This document shows, piece by piece, positions 11,901-24,455 of a DNA stretch of 64,000 nt. The stretch lies in contig CM119265.1 of NCBI GenBank assembly GCA_051294375.1, forward strand, positions 1,026,089-1,090,088, in the 5' to 3' direction. Position numbers and translations under genes: made by a program. The DNA comes from Paraspadella gotoi. Its lineage: Eukaryota > Animalia > Chaetognatha. Position 1 is the stretch's first letter. Every line of letters begins with the position of its first letter. The notes under the pieces are model-generated. The model saw only the letters and a program-made list of their open reading frames with translations. It was not told the origin of the DNA and did not search any database.

Positions 11901-14900
11901 CGGGCACCACTTGGCGGAGGAGGCGGCGTCGGGAGCGTCAGAGCAGCAGTTGGCTGCCGCGCCGCTGAGGATCATGCGATCCTCCAGGCGTTTGAGAAAG
12001 AAGCGTCGGGAATTTACAGGCGCCAGGCGGTGGAGTGTCGCCAGGTCGACCTTTTTTTGAATGGAGGGGGGGGTTAAGATTTAAGGGTGTTTAGATTTAG
12101 TTTAGATGCAGATTTATAGGTTAAGATTTAGATTTTTTTTAATCAAATCTGAAAATCTAATTTTCTGGTGACTCGAATTAATCACTAAATTATAATATAT
12201 TTGATAAAAAATAATATTCATCGTTTAATTAGTTCATTTATTCATTTTTTTATCATTTGTTTATAAAATTATAAATCCTTTGCTTCATTCATCCAATCCA
12301 ATCCATCCAATCCATTCTATCCATCCATCCATCCCAAGGCCTCCTCAGGCCCTCACTCACCTCTTCCCCGCATCCGTATTCCGGACAAGTCAAACTGGCA
12401 GCCCCTCCATCGATCTGCTGCCTCAGGTGCAGCCGCCAACATGCGTCGCAGCACCAATGTGCTGCTGCGAGACAAGGGGCTAAAACTGTGGCAGGATGAA
12501 GAGTCGGCTTGTCCTTTGACCCATCGTCGTCGTCGTCGTCGTCGTCGTCCTCTCTCTTCCTCCTTTCCGGCTTCGTCCGGATTTCGACCAAACAGACGTT
12601 GCAGTAAGATTCTTCTTCCCCGGAATCTTCCGGCCACTCGATCCCGGCAAAGTCCACCGTTTCCGCCTCGTTTCCGGCGAAGCTCGGCCGATCCTCGTCG
12701 TCGTCGATCTGTTTGACCAGATTCATCATCTTGACCCGGTGACCCAATTCTTGAGGGGTCAGGCAACCTGGGTTACAGTCGATTTGGGGTCAGAAGTTTA
12801 GAAAATTTATTTTTAAATGTCTCTTTAAGTATCTGGAAATTTGAAAATTTGAAAATTTGAAAATTTGGGTCCGTTGCTATAGCCTAGTAATTAATTTATT
12901 AATATTTATTGACAATTTCAAAAATTATTCATTTTTAAACATAAAAATTTTAAAAAGTTCATGCGAAAATTGGCAAATTACTTGTTTTACTGCTATTTTG
13001 AGTTTTAGATTTTATATTTATACTGCTGTTCCCATCAACATTTATAATTCGTTCAGCTAGACTTACCCGAGTCGACGCCGCTCTCCACGTCGTAATGATA
13101 TAGACCCTTTACGACCCTCGTCTTGGCACGAGCTCCTCCTCCTCCGAGGTATGACGACCTCTTTGTCGATTGAGGAAATTCGGGTTTTGCATCGACAATC
13201 GCGTCAACTATGGCGTCGAGGTAGAGTCGGAGAGGAGCAGCGTCGGCGGCAATGTTGGCAGACTCGGCGGTTGCATCGGCAGACGTAGCAGCGTCGGCAG
13301 CGATCCGGAAATAGTTGGCTCGAAATTTGGGAAATTTAAATCGATCGAGTTTTTCGTGATTCGAGTCGAGAACGACGTCGTAGAGATGGAGGGCAGAGTT
13401 GGCAGAATTCGGGGCTGTGTCGGCAGAATTGAGGGCTGCGTCGACGGCTGCGTCGGCAGCTGAGTCGACGACACCGGCAAAGGTGAAGACGACGAAGCAT
13501 TGGACGTCGAGGGAAGAAAAGTCATTCGTTGAAGGAAGAGGGAAGTAAACGGATCTGTAGAGAGGAGAGAGGGATTAAATAAGGAAGGAAATAAAAAGGG
13601 TAAGGTATTTGGGTTATTATCAACGGAATGGGATTATAGATAAGCTTGGTTGGCATCATGATCTGATCGGTTGGTATTACAGATCTCAGACCGACAAGAG
13701 TCTGAGACTTACTTAGGGGTCGACTTAGGGGTCTATTCTTGTAATGTTTTTTTTTTAATATAAGATTAAGTTATGATTAAAAAAGGTAATGAAAGATTGA
13801 CCGACAGACCGAAAAGTGACTTAGAGAGCTAATCTGCCAACAGGCTTCATCTTAAATAATGATTTACGATATTCGTGTTCAAATTCAAGTATTGAATGTA
13901 ATCAAGAATAAATTGTATAAAGTATTGAGTCTTTAATTTAAAGTTTAAACTACTCACCTCGCGGGTTTAGGTCCAAGTTCCATCTCCTCTTCCCCAGGTC
14001 TCCTCTTCCTCCTCCTCCTCTTGCTCTTTCCTCCATGGTGTTCGTTCTGACACTTCGATCGGAATTTTGCCTTCAGTTCGGAAGGCGTTGGCCATCTCTC
14101 TGAGTGGGGGGGGGGGAAATGACTGAAGTTGAAATGAATGGAAAATGAGAGGGGAAGTGAACGAATGATGAATGATAATGAACCATTGAATAATTGATTA
14201 AATTAAGTTTAAATTTTCCCAAAAGAATTGAAAGAATAAAATGATGAACGATATGAAGAATTAAATATTACAATTAAAAATCCATTAGTGAATCGCTCTT
14301 CGTACATAAGTGTTTTGTATTTATGAATTAAATTTTAATTAAAGTAAAAATATAAGTTTCTTCTATCCAAGACATAATTTTCTACGTTAAAGGGATCTAC
14401 AATAACTCTTGAAAGGCTCCATCCCAACCCACCTTCTTTTCTCGGCCTCCAGCGCCTCGATCAAGTCTTCAGAGGCGTCGATGACGAAGGCCCTCGGAAT
14501 CGCGGCTCCTTCGAAGACTTCGTCGCCAAAAGTGGAGCGAAGAGAACTTGGTTGGAGCAGTTGGGGAGGGAGAGCGAGGCGGGTGGATGGGAGAGGTGGT
14601 GAAGGAGTGGGAGATGGAGTGGAAAAGGTTGATGGAGCGGTTGGGAGACCGGGGGTCACGCGGACCCAATCGTCGTCGTCCTGGGGGGGGGTAAGTGGGA
14701 TTGATTGATTGATTGATGAATCTTTTTGTTTTAAAGATTGTTTGGTTAGATTTTAAAAGTGGTTATGAGAGAATGTTTGACAGGTCGAAGCTTGTGATTA
14801 GTGAATTTTTTGTGAATTAACGGTATGTAAAAGGGAATAATTAATGTTTAAATGGATGATCAATGAATTACTGAATGAAATAAACAGAGTGTTGAAGAGT

Positions 14901-15924
14901 ATTATGTAGTATAATGTACATAAAAGTATCATATTACCTTAATGGCGAGATAGCGAACACGGGGTTTGACGTCATCTTCCTTGACAGAGTCGACGACCGA
15001 CTTGGGAAGACGGACGAACCCGTTGGAGGAAGAGGAGGAGGTAGGGGAAGATGAATAGGAAGGGGAAGAGGAAGAGGATTTAGCGACGATCCAATCAGCG
15101 AGCGTCTTGGTCGTCGCTGATTGGTTGGGAGAGGAAGAGGAAAACTCTTCCTCCTCATATTCATTCTCCACCTCTTCTTCCTCCTCCATCTCCTCCCAGG
15201 CGTCTCTCTCTCCCTCCCTCTCTTCTTCCTCCCTCTCTCTCGTCTTCTCTCCTCTTCCTTTCCCCTTCCTCCTCTTTCCCCGGATGACGACTTCTTGAGA
15301 TGAAGCGAAGGAATCACAGGTGACGCCTCTCTTGCGGACGAGGGACTTGGGAAGGGGGGCCTGGAGGATTGGAAGAGGGGGAGGAGAGAGGGGGGAGGAG
15401 AGAGGCAAAGGGGGAGGAGAGGGAGAAGGATAGAGAGAAGAGGAAATTAACAAATATGTCAATTATAATTTTAATTTAATTATTACTTTTAATTTTTTTA
15501 ACTCACCTCTATTTCATATAGAACCTCATATTTCCTCTCCTCCTCCTCTTCCTCCTCCTTCTCCTTCTTCTTCTCCGCCGACTTTGGCCTCCATTCTGCC
15601 GACGCAGGAATGACGCTGCACCGGCAGCAGTTGCACCGGATGCTGTGACCTGGCGTCTTGCGGCGCGATATCTGGACAGAACCAGCGTCGCCGCTTTTGA
15701 CTCTGGCTCGGCGTCGTTCCTAGGGGGGATGGGAAAGATAAAGATCGATATTAATTAGATACTAAGAGGAATTACTATTACTATGAATTAATTAAGGCTT
15801 ATGGTGTGGGACTTATAGTACTTCATTTTGCCTTCCTTCCTTTCCCTCTCTCTCTCCCGTCTCTTCTCTTCCTTTCTTCCTTCCTTTTCTTCTCTCTCTN
15901 NNNNNNNNNNNNNNNNNNNNNNNN

Positions 15925-15978
<54 letters not shown>

Positions 15979-16392
15979 CCTTCACCTTCATCGCCTCTTT
16001 CGTCGTCTGCTCCACTTCCTCCTCCTCCTCCTCCTCCTCCTCCCTCTTCTCCCTCCGAACCGAGGCGCCGTCCATGTAACGTCGCGCGGGCGTCGACTCC
16101 ACCACGCTCCCTTCCCGTACGCGACGGGCGAGACGCGTACAGTCCGCGCGAAATCGACGCGTCGAGTGAGAGACGGAGACGGAGTGGAGAGAGGGAGAGG
16201 AGGGGAGGCGTCGTCGTCGTCGTCGTCGTCGTCGCGGCGTTTTCTATGAAGGCGTCCATAAGACGCCATCTTTGTTTCTTGTTCAGCGAATAAACGACTT
16301 GATTGGCTGAGAGATTTCCGTCGAAGGACTGGAGAAGAAGAGGGAGAGGGTTGGGTTAGAGAGGGAGAGAGTGGGAGGGGAGAGGAGAGAGA

Positions 16393-16451
<59 letters not shown>

Positions 16452-16830
16452 AAAAGAAAAGGAAAAGAAAAGAAAAGAAAAGAAAGACAAGACAAGACAA
16501 GACAGACAAGACAAGACAAGACAAGAACAAGACAAGACAAGACAAGACAAGAACAAGACCCGACCCCATCTTCCACCCCAAACCCCTTGACCTGATCCGC
16601 GTCCACCTCCCCAGCCTGAGTGGCTCTCCTCCCTTCGTCTCTCCTTTGAAATTCCCGCCTAAAATGTCCCAATGGCGTCACCGTCTTTTCTACGCCACCC
16701 GATTTCACGTAGGCGTTCCAATATCGAATCCGGCGCCGAGTCGCCGCGTGACGCCGATACCGAGTATCGGCGCCGTCGTCCGGAACGGCGTCATCGGCGT
16801 CACGTGAGCCGGGAAAGATGAGGACGTCAT
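8931..16830 (-). CDS. RBR (RING1-IBR-RING2) E3 ubiquitin ligase, Ariadne/ARIH-like, with long low-complexity N-terminus; about 13 coding exons
   Basis: RING1 CNVC...CLAAAHWCCDACW...CPEYGC (about 12767-12361). IBR KWCPNPDC...CSCGLLLCFRCLKEQHWPASC (about 12051-11665). RING2 KQCPHCKRKMEKGEGCDHMSCSCGKSFCWNC with the catalytic-type Cys in GCDHM (about 11100-10934). Helical C-terminal exons end in TAA at 8933-8931. The first two exons have small indels relative to the duplicate copies, probably read errors. Confidence 0.85.
9927..10160 (+). mobile_element. tRNA-derived SINE-like interspersed repeat; copies at about 53645-53880, 54491-54728 and 59811-60050 (-)
   Basis: Shared blocks ATTGCTATA..TTCATCCCGC, A-box-like TGGCTCATT(A)GG, B-box-like GGGATCGATCCC and GGATAGCACTCTTCAG..CTTATCCAC. 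All copies are intronic. Confidence 0.6.
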
Positions 16831-17829
16831 GAATGAGAAGCGACGGTTGACGATCGACGGAAAACGAAGAAATTTGGATTAAAAGTTTTCGAGTTTTTTC
16901 TAAGTTTTTTTTTCGAGTTTTTCGAGTTTTTTGAGTTTTTTGAGTAGTTTTTTTTGATTGAGTTATGAAGAGCGAAAACCAAGGTTTAAAAAAAAAACCT
17001 CTCTATTAAAGCTCTATTTTCTTTTCTCTTCTTCTCTGGGTAATAAAAATAAATAAAATTAAAATCAATAATGAAATAAAAATAGATTTTAAAGTAAAAA
17101 TGAAATTATGAGTTGAATTTTAATAAATTCACTTAGCTCAAAGTGTTCACAATTTACGAGTCAAGAAAATAAAAGAGAAACAAAGTGAAACAGACTAAGA
17201 CAAAAGACCAAAAACTAGTGGTCAGAGGAAATCAAAGGCGAAAGATTTAATTGTTCATTTATTTGATTTTGGTGGAAAATAGATCAATTATATTAGTGAG
17301 GATTAAGGAGTGGAGCTTTGATTTTATGATGGTGGTGTTTTATTAAGGATTGTGAATTTGGCTATCAGTATTTAGTTAGTTATGGAAGTTGCTAATTTAC
17401 TTGTTTCACTATCTTTATTTTTTATTTTTTAGATTTAAAAATAACTTTTATTTATGATTTTATTTATTGGTTAAAATATTTTTGCGCTAAATATTTAAAA
17501 TATAATATTATTTATCTGTTTGGGATGGGGACGTTAGTGTTGTCTTCTGGAAATAGAGGATGCATCTACACAACACAAGTTAGATACTTCTTTCCAGTTT
17601 ATAATATATCGTAATCATCATGTTGGAAAATCATTAATGAGAACTAAAATATCTACAAGCGAAAACAAAGGGAGGAATGAATAATTTTTTGGGATTAAGG
17701 TTATATTGTATGATTATTTTTATTCAATATTTTTATAATTTTTATCATATATTAGTTGTAAATTCTGTAAATCTGTAAAGGCCTACATGGAATGGCATGG
17801 CCTACATGGCATGACTAAAATATACTTAA

Positions 17830-18247
17830 CCATTCCACGAGCCCATCCACGAAAAAAAAACGACGCCAGCAGCGAAACTTGCTTGCTTAGCAATCGGAAA
17901 AACTGCTTGCTTGCTCAATTTGTTTCGTTCGAAGCAATCGAATTGGTGATTTGATTGTGAGCCGTTACTCTTCTGCTTAAATACCCGATCCGGATTGCGA
18001 CTGACTAGAGACATTCTAACACAATTATTGAGCAATACTTTCAACATTGAGCAATACTTGCCGGGCTGACGACGACGACGACGACGACGATGAAGACGAC
18101 GACGACGAATGAAGACGACGACGACGATGAAGACGACGACCACGGCTCGAAAAAGTCTTGCGCAATCTCGTTGAAATATCTCGATATGATAGACTAATTC
18201 AGGTGGAGAACAGAATTTTCCCGTTGCTAGCGAATTCGTGTTCGGGC

Positions 18248-18342
<95 letters not shown>

Positions 18343-18445
18343 CCGAAAAGGATTCGTACATCGTTCCCTGATTGGACGAATTTATGCGACGCTCTGCGTT
18401 TGATTGGTTGTTCTAAAACCGACGGGGAGAGATTTCATTGGTTTA
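17830..18445 (-). promoter_or_regulatory. Putative promoter and non-coding first exon of the RBR gene (also in copies at about 23990-24590 and 35725-36385)
   Basis: On the minus strand: TATTTAAG at 17983-17976; C/EBP-like ATTGAGCAAT twice (18027, 18046) and TTGCGCAA (18158); kB-like GGGAAAATTC (18222-18213); three CCAAT boxes (18371, 18403, 18437); possible donor ATG|gttaag near 17831. Confidence 0.45.
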
Positions 18446-18544
18446 AAATATTAGGTGATGCAAAATTGAGGTTTTCTTATGTTGTAGTAACTTTAAGGAA
18501 ATGTACTAATCTCAATGTAATTTAAGTTTAGATGATTTTTTTAG

Positions 18545-18575
<31 letters not shown>

Positions 18576-19933
18576 AAATATTCTTATTTTGACATTTTGA
18601 TATTATGATTATCAGTTTTTCTGTCTTCGATATCTAGTTTCTCAATAGTCAGATCTTCTTTCTGTCTTAAATAGTTAACAATGTTTTCTGATATAAAGTT
18701 TCAGTAGAAAAGAAAAAAGAGAAAGAGAGAAAAAAAAAAGATAAAGAGAAAAAAAAAAGAAAAGAAAAGAGAAGAAACAATAGAAAGAAAAGAAAATATA
18801 AGAGAAAACTTTGGGATAAAAATGACCTCTTTTCCGAAAACGTTCATTTTAACTTTTAAAAATTCAAAATAAGGTTTGTTTTTAGTTTGATTAATCAAGT
18901 TAATTAAAGAAGAATGGGTTAGAGATAAAATTAGGATAGGATAGGGATGGTAGAGATAAAATTATGAATAAGATAAGGATTTGTTAGATATTAAATTAGG
19001 GAAAGATAGGGATTTAGTGAGAGATAAAATTAAGAATGATAGGATTTGTTAGATATTAAAATAGGAATAGATAGGGGTTTGGGTTAGATATAAAATTAGG
19101 AATAGGATAGGATTACGCTTCCAGATTGTAAGCGTCTTAAGGCTCATGCTAGTGGACTAATGCCCATCAAGCTGGTTCGACGAGGTTGATGTAGAAAGTG
19201 GATACGGGAACCGCTGTAGGATGGTAGCAGATCAAGCTCTGACACAGAACATGTGTTGTGTCTAGAGGGAACGCTGCGGTTGGTTAAAACCACCTCTTCA
19301 ATGGTAGCCGACGTGATCGAGCAACCGGCAATGATAATACTCTGCTTGATGTTTGAGCTACACATCCATCAAGAAGGCAGAATGAAGGAGGTTCAGGAGA
19401 TCGTCACCCTGTTCTATCTCATATCGAGAGTTGGGCGTTATACAAGATGGAAAAGTGTTTTCAAGGAGTGTCAGTGGATATCACATCCAATCGCCTGGTA
19501 GCCTGAGTCATGTGAAAGTGGAGAGGTAACCGTTGATGGGTTGAGATCAAAGAACATGAAATTTCTCGTTTGCGAGGGAATGGGGTGGCCCTGTAACAGT
19601 CTTCAAGAGATTAAAATTAGGGAATACAAATTTGAAAAAAAATGTATCGCCATGTCTTTTTTCTTGCATCCCTTGGCGTTTGACGAGTACTGTAGAGCGA
19701 TAAAGTCGTTTTTCTCGCTTGTAAGTTGAATTGTATTGTTTTATCGAACTATGCTAAATTGTGTCGAAAGTAAAACAATCCGACAAGGCCTTTAAAAAAA
19801 ACCTCCCTGAAAACTTCTAACTATCGTTTTTTTAGTTTTAGACATTTTTATAATATTTTATCCGATCTTTTTTTTTTTTTTTTTAACAAAATTATTATAT
19901 AATATATTTGATCAAGATGAAGCAAAATACAAA

Positions 19934-20961
19934 ATGAGGTTCTCGTTATTTTCGTGTTGGCAGCAGCGGCGGTGCTGATCTCCTGCTGCTTCGACTGCAG
20001 CTCCAGCACCAAATGCGATGAAATTGCCGACCGGAAAAGTCCGACAACATTTGCTTCAACTTTTTGAACCTGGGCGGGATGGTGATGTCCGATTGCAAAA
20101 CTTCAGGGAATGCTTGGATGCTTGTCCGCTGAAAAAGAATTTCAGAAACTTGCTGTTGCAGCTCAAGGAAGATGGAGAACGAAGCAGACATCAAGATTGC
20201 GCCGCGGATTGGTTGGCGCAGAAGATAAGACAGTTCATTGTCTCGTTGGAGGAGATTTGCCGATTCCAGAAACATGCCACGGGTCACGAACTATCCGGGG
20301 ACTTGTGAGTCGACCTTCAGGGGTGAGATTACATATTACATGGATGACAGAATTGAGTGCAAGGTCCGACAGACGGACGTACGGAGTTCAAGAAAGATGC
20401 AAAACTGTCAAAATGATTAGTGAATAGATACATTATGGGTAAAGAATAAAAAGGGGTTTATAAAATGATAATTGGACAAAAGTTGAAATATTTAAAACTA
20501 GTTTTTAAAAAATAATATTCTAATTTAACTTTTTTTTATCTTTTCTTAGCAACAATCATGTTTGTACCAACTCGAAAATGTACTGCGAGTACAGTGTTGA
20601 AGCTGGCGGATGCTGTTGCGATAAAAAAAATGCAATAAGAATGTGACAACCTGCAAAGTAAGCAATGATGATTATAACAATGAGCCAATTTAATTTAGAT
20701 TCGATACTAAGACTTAAGTCTTAACTGTTATCATCCCTTCTTTCTCCATCCAACCCAAAATGAACAGAATTCAATGACGACGACAACAACGACGACAACA
20801 CTTCCTCCAACACAAATGCAACCACAACTATGACCACCACGACCACCACAACCCCCTTCGGTCCACCTACCCACTCCGGCTCCGTCTCTGGCACCGTCGC
20901 TATTGCCGCCAATGCAGTTGGCGTCATCATCGGAGTCATTGCTTGGGCCGTTGCTGCCTGA
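19934..20961 (+). pseudogene. Frameshifted copy of the Cys-rich GPI-anchored protein gene at 37446-38487 (indels probably sequencing errors in a duplicate or haplotype copy)
   Basis: Near-identical to 37446-38487 with the same 3-exon layout, but with scattered single-base deletions. Confidence 0.7.
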
Positions 20962-21409
20962 AAGACATGCGGCAAAGTTGCTGATGTCGAGCTACTGATT
21001 GCGTCCTCGATCTGGTATTTATGGGGTCAACAGCGACGGTTGCGGATTCCAATCAGGGATTCTGATTGATGATTGATTTATTTATGATTGATTGATTGAT
21101 CGATTGGATTTATTGATTGATTGTCGATTGATCTGCTAGTAATCGGTGGAGGAAGGATAAAAAGTTTGATTGAAATTAAGAGGGAAATATAATTTTAAAA
21201 CAAATTTAATTAGTGGTATTTTTTATTTTATTCGAGGAGATACATTTAGGGAAAAGACAAATTAAAATCAATGATATGGATATTCTTTTCGGTTGTCTTT
21301 CAAAAAAAAAAAAAAAGGCGAATATTCAAATCGCAAAAAAAAATTATAAAATCAATGAATCGCGAATGAAGTTAATAACAACATAATAATTATTATTATT
21401 TAATTCTCC

Positions 21410-21705
21410 TTGGCTGCAGCGGCGGCGGTGCTGATCTCCTGCTGCGTCGACTGCAGCTCCTGGTGAGGTCGGATGGCAGAACCTTCAGGAATTGCGTCGA
21501 AGTTTGCCCGATGAAGAAGCAAAAAATACCGTGTTGCTGCAGCACGAAGAAGCAGGAGAGCAGAGCAGCGATGAGGACTCGGCTGCGGATTTGGCGGCGC
21601 AGGAAGATCATGCAGTTCTCGTTGGAAGAGAATTGAATATTGTAGAGAAATGTCGCGGGGTCACGATGTATCCAGGACTTGTGGACCCAACCGGAAGAAG
21701 TCAAG
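21410..21705 (+). pseudogene. Copy of the truncated Cys-rich paralog at 38947-39250
   Basis: Near-identical to 38947-39250. Confidence 0.6.
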
Positions 21706-22040
21706 CGTGGTCGTCGTCGCTTTGGGTTTACGTAAAAGTTTTTTTAGGTTACTGTGAGGTTACTGTGAGGCAATATTCACTTCTCTGCAATATGCAAATA
21801 AGTTTCACATTATCTATACAATGATATTATTATATGGAGGACATTTCAGATCATAATATGTGACAATTGTTTCCACAGCTTTCCAACATAAAAACGCCAA
21901 CGCAATGTTAATCTTTTCCGCCGCAGCAACTTTAGACGCATATTATCAACTTATTCATAGGAAACGCTCTAAATCATTGTTTCAATCTTTTTCCATAACC
22001 TACTTATCAAAAATAATAAAACAATCCTCTTTTTTTTTTT

Positions 22041-22367
22041 ACCGAGGCGCCGTCCATGTAACGTCGCGCGGGCGTCGACTCCACCACGCTCCCTTCCCGT
22101 ACGCGACGGGCGAGACGCGTACAGTCCGCGCGAAATCGGACGCGGTCCGAGTGAGAGACGGAGACGGAGTGGAGAGAGGGAGAGGGAGGGGAGGCGTCGT
22201 CGTCGTCGTCGTCGTCGTCGGCGGCGTTTTCTATGAAGGCGTCCATAAGACGCCATCTTTGTTTCTTGTTCAGCGAATAAACGACTTGATTGGCTGAGAG
22301 ATTTCCGTCGAAGGACTGGAGAAGAAGAGGGAGAGGGTTGGGTTAGAGAGGGAGAGAGTGAGGGAGG

Positions 22368-22446
<79 letters not shown>

Positions 22447-22830
22447 AAAAAAGAAAAGGAAAAGAAAAGAAAAGACAAAAGACAAGACAAGACAAGACAA
22501 GACAGACAAGACAAGACAAGACAAGAACAAGACAAACAAGACAAGACAAGAACAAGACCCGACCCATCTTCCACCCCAAACCCCCTTGACCTGATCCGCG
22601 TCCACCTCCCCAGCCTGAGTGGCTCTCCTCCCTTCGTCTCTCCTTTGAAATTCCCGCCTAAAATGTCCCAATGGCGTCACCGTCTTTTCTACGCCACCCG
22701 ATTTCACGTAGGCGTTCCAATATCGAATCCGGCGCCGAGTCGCCGCGTGACGCCGATACCGAGTATCGGCGCCGTCGTCCGGAACGGCGTCATCGGCGTC
22801 ACGTGACGCCGGGAAAGATGAGGACGTCAT
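22041..22830 (-). pseudogene. Partial duplicate of RBR gene coding exons 1-2 (copy B)
   Basis: Matches about 16060-16830 and is truncated at 22041 next to a poly-T run. Confidence 0.7.
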
Positions 22831-23654
22831 GATGAGAAGCGACGGTTGACGATCGACGGAAAACGAAGAAATTTGGATTAAAAGTTTTCGAGTTTTTTCT
22901 AAGTTTTTTTTTCAAGTTTTTCGAGTTTTTTTAGTTTTTTGAGTAGTTTTTTTGATTGAGTTATGAAGAGCGAAACCAAGGTTTTAAAAAAAAAACCTCT
23001 CTAGTAATAGCTCTATCTTTCTCTTTCTTTCTCTGGGTAATAAAAATAAATAAAATTAAAATCAATAATGAAATAAAAATAGATTTTAAATTAAAAATGA
23101 AATTATGAGTTGAATTTTAATAAATTCACTTTAGCTCAAAGTGTTCACAATTTACGAGTCAAGAAAATAAAAGAGAAAACAAAGTGAAACAGACAAAGAC
23201 CAAAACATAGTGGTCACACAGGAAATCAAAGGCGAAAGATTTAATTGTTATTTATTTGATTTTGGTGGAAAATTGATCAATTATATTAGTGAGGATTAAG
23301 GAATTGAGCTTTGGTTTTATGATGTGGTGTTTTATTAAGGGATTGTGAATTTGGCTATCAGTATTTAGTTAGTTATGAAAGTTGCAAATTTACTTGTTTC
23401 ACTATCTTATTTTTTTATTTTTTAGATTTAAAATAACTTTTATTTATGATTTTATTTACTGGTTAAAATATTTTTGTGTTAAATATTTAAATATAATATG
23501 ATTTATCTGTTTGGGATGGGGACGTTAGTGTTGTTCTTCTAGAAATAGTTAGATTACATGAATATTTTTTAGGGATTAAGGTTATATTGTATGATTATTT
23601 TTATCATATTTTTATAATATTTTTATAATTTTTATCATATATTATTTAAATTCT

Positions 23655-23919
23655 ATTTAGAGGCAAAATGGTTTTGGTTTACAACGAATTTTATTTTCAT
23701 AGAAAACGTACATGTTTCGGCTTTGAATGCAAGCCTTCTTCAGCGTTAAATTTAATTTTTAATTTAAATTTTTTAAATTTTTTTTAATTTAACGCCGAAG
23801 AAGGCTTGCATTCAAAGCCGAAACATTACGTTTTCTATATAAATAAAATTCGTTGTAAACCAAAACCATTTTGCCTCTAAATACATATAACAACGAAAAA
23901 AGAAAGGTTATTACCACTA
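23655..23919. mobile_element. Penelope-like (PLE) inverted pseudo-LTR insertion with two minimal hammerhead ribozyme motifs; noisy copy at about 35410-35650
   Basis: About 95-bp inverted arms (23655-23752 and about 23788-23883), flanked by the direct repeat TATTTAAATTCT. Absent at the equivalent site in copy A (about 17755-17770). Confidence 0.7.
23705..23747 (-). ncRNA. Minimal type I hammerhead ribozyme
   Basis: AACG-CUGAAGA-A-GGCUU(GCAUUCA)AAGCC-GAAA-CAUG-UA-CGUU: intact core, 5-bp stem II, palindromic ACAUGU stem III, GUA cleavage triplet, AACG/CGUU stem I. Confidence 0.7.
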
Positions 23920-24384
23920 TATTTAAATTCTGTAAATTTGTAAAGGCCTCATGGAATGGCATGGCCTACATGGCATGACTAAAATATACTAACCATTCCC
24001 GAGCCCATCCACGAAAAAAAAACGACGCCAGCAGCGAAACTTGCTTGCTTAGCAATCGGGAAAACTGCTTGCTTGCTCAAATTTGTTTCGTTCGAAGCAA
24101 TCGAATTGGTGATTTGATTGTGAGCCGTTACTCTTCTGCTTAAATACCGATCCGGATTGCGAATGACTAGAGACATTCTAACACAATTATTGAGCAATAC
24201 TTTCAACATTGAGCATACTTGCCCGGGGCTAACGAGACGACGACGATGAAGACGACGACGACGATGAAGACGACGACCACGGCTCGAAAAAGTCTTGCGC
24301 AATCTCGTTGAAATATCTCGATATGATAGACTAATTCAGGTGGAGAACAGAATTTTCCCGTTGCTAGCGAATTCGTGTTCGGGC

Positions 24385-24455
<71 letters not shown>

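Noticed and set aside
13208-13525. 105-aa Ser/Pro/Thr ORF as a separate gene
   Set aside because: It is an alternative frame of an RBR exon (13554-13068) that is open in a different frame.
17830-18150. Pol III ncRNA (RNase P/MRP, 7SK, U3) or the 105-aa ORF
   Set aside because: No conserved boxes recognised, and the ORF frame differs among the three copies; better explained as a promoter and 5' UTR.
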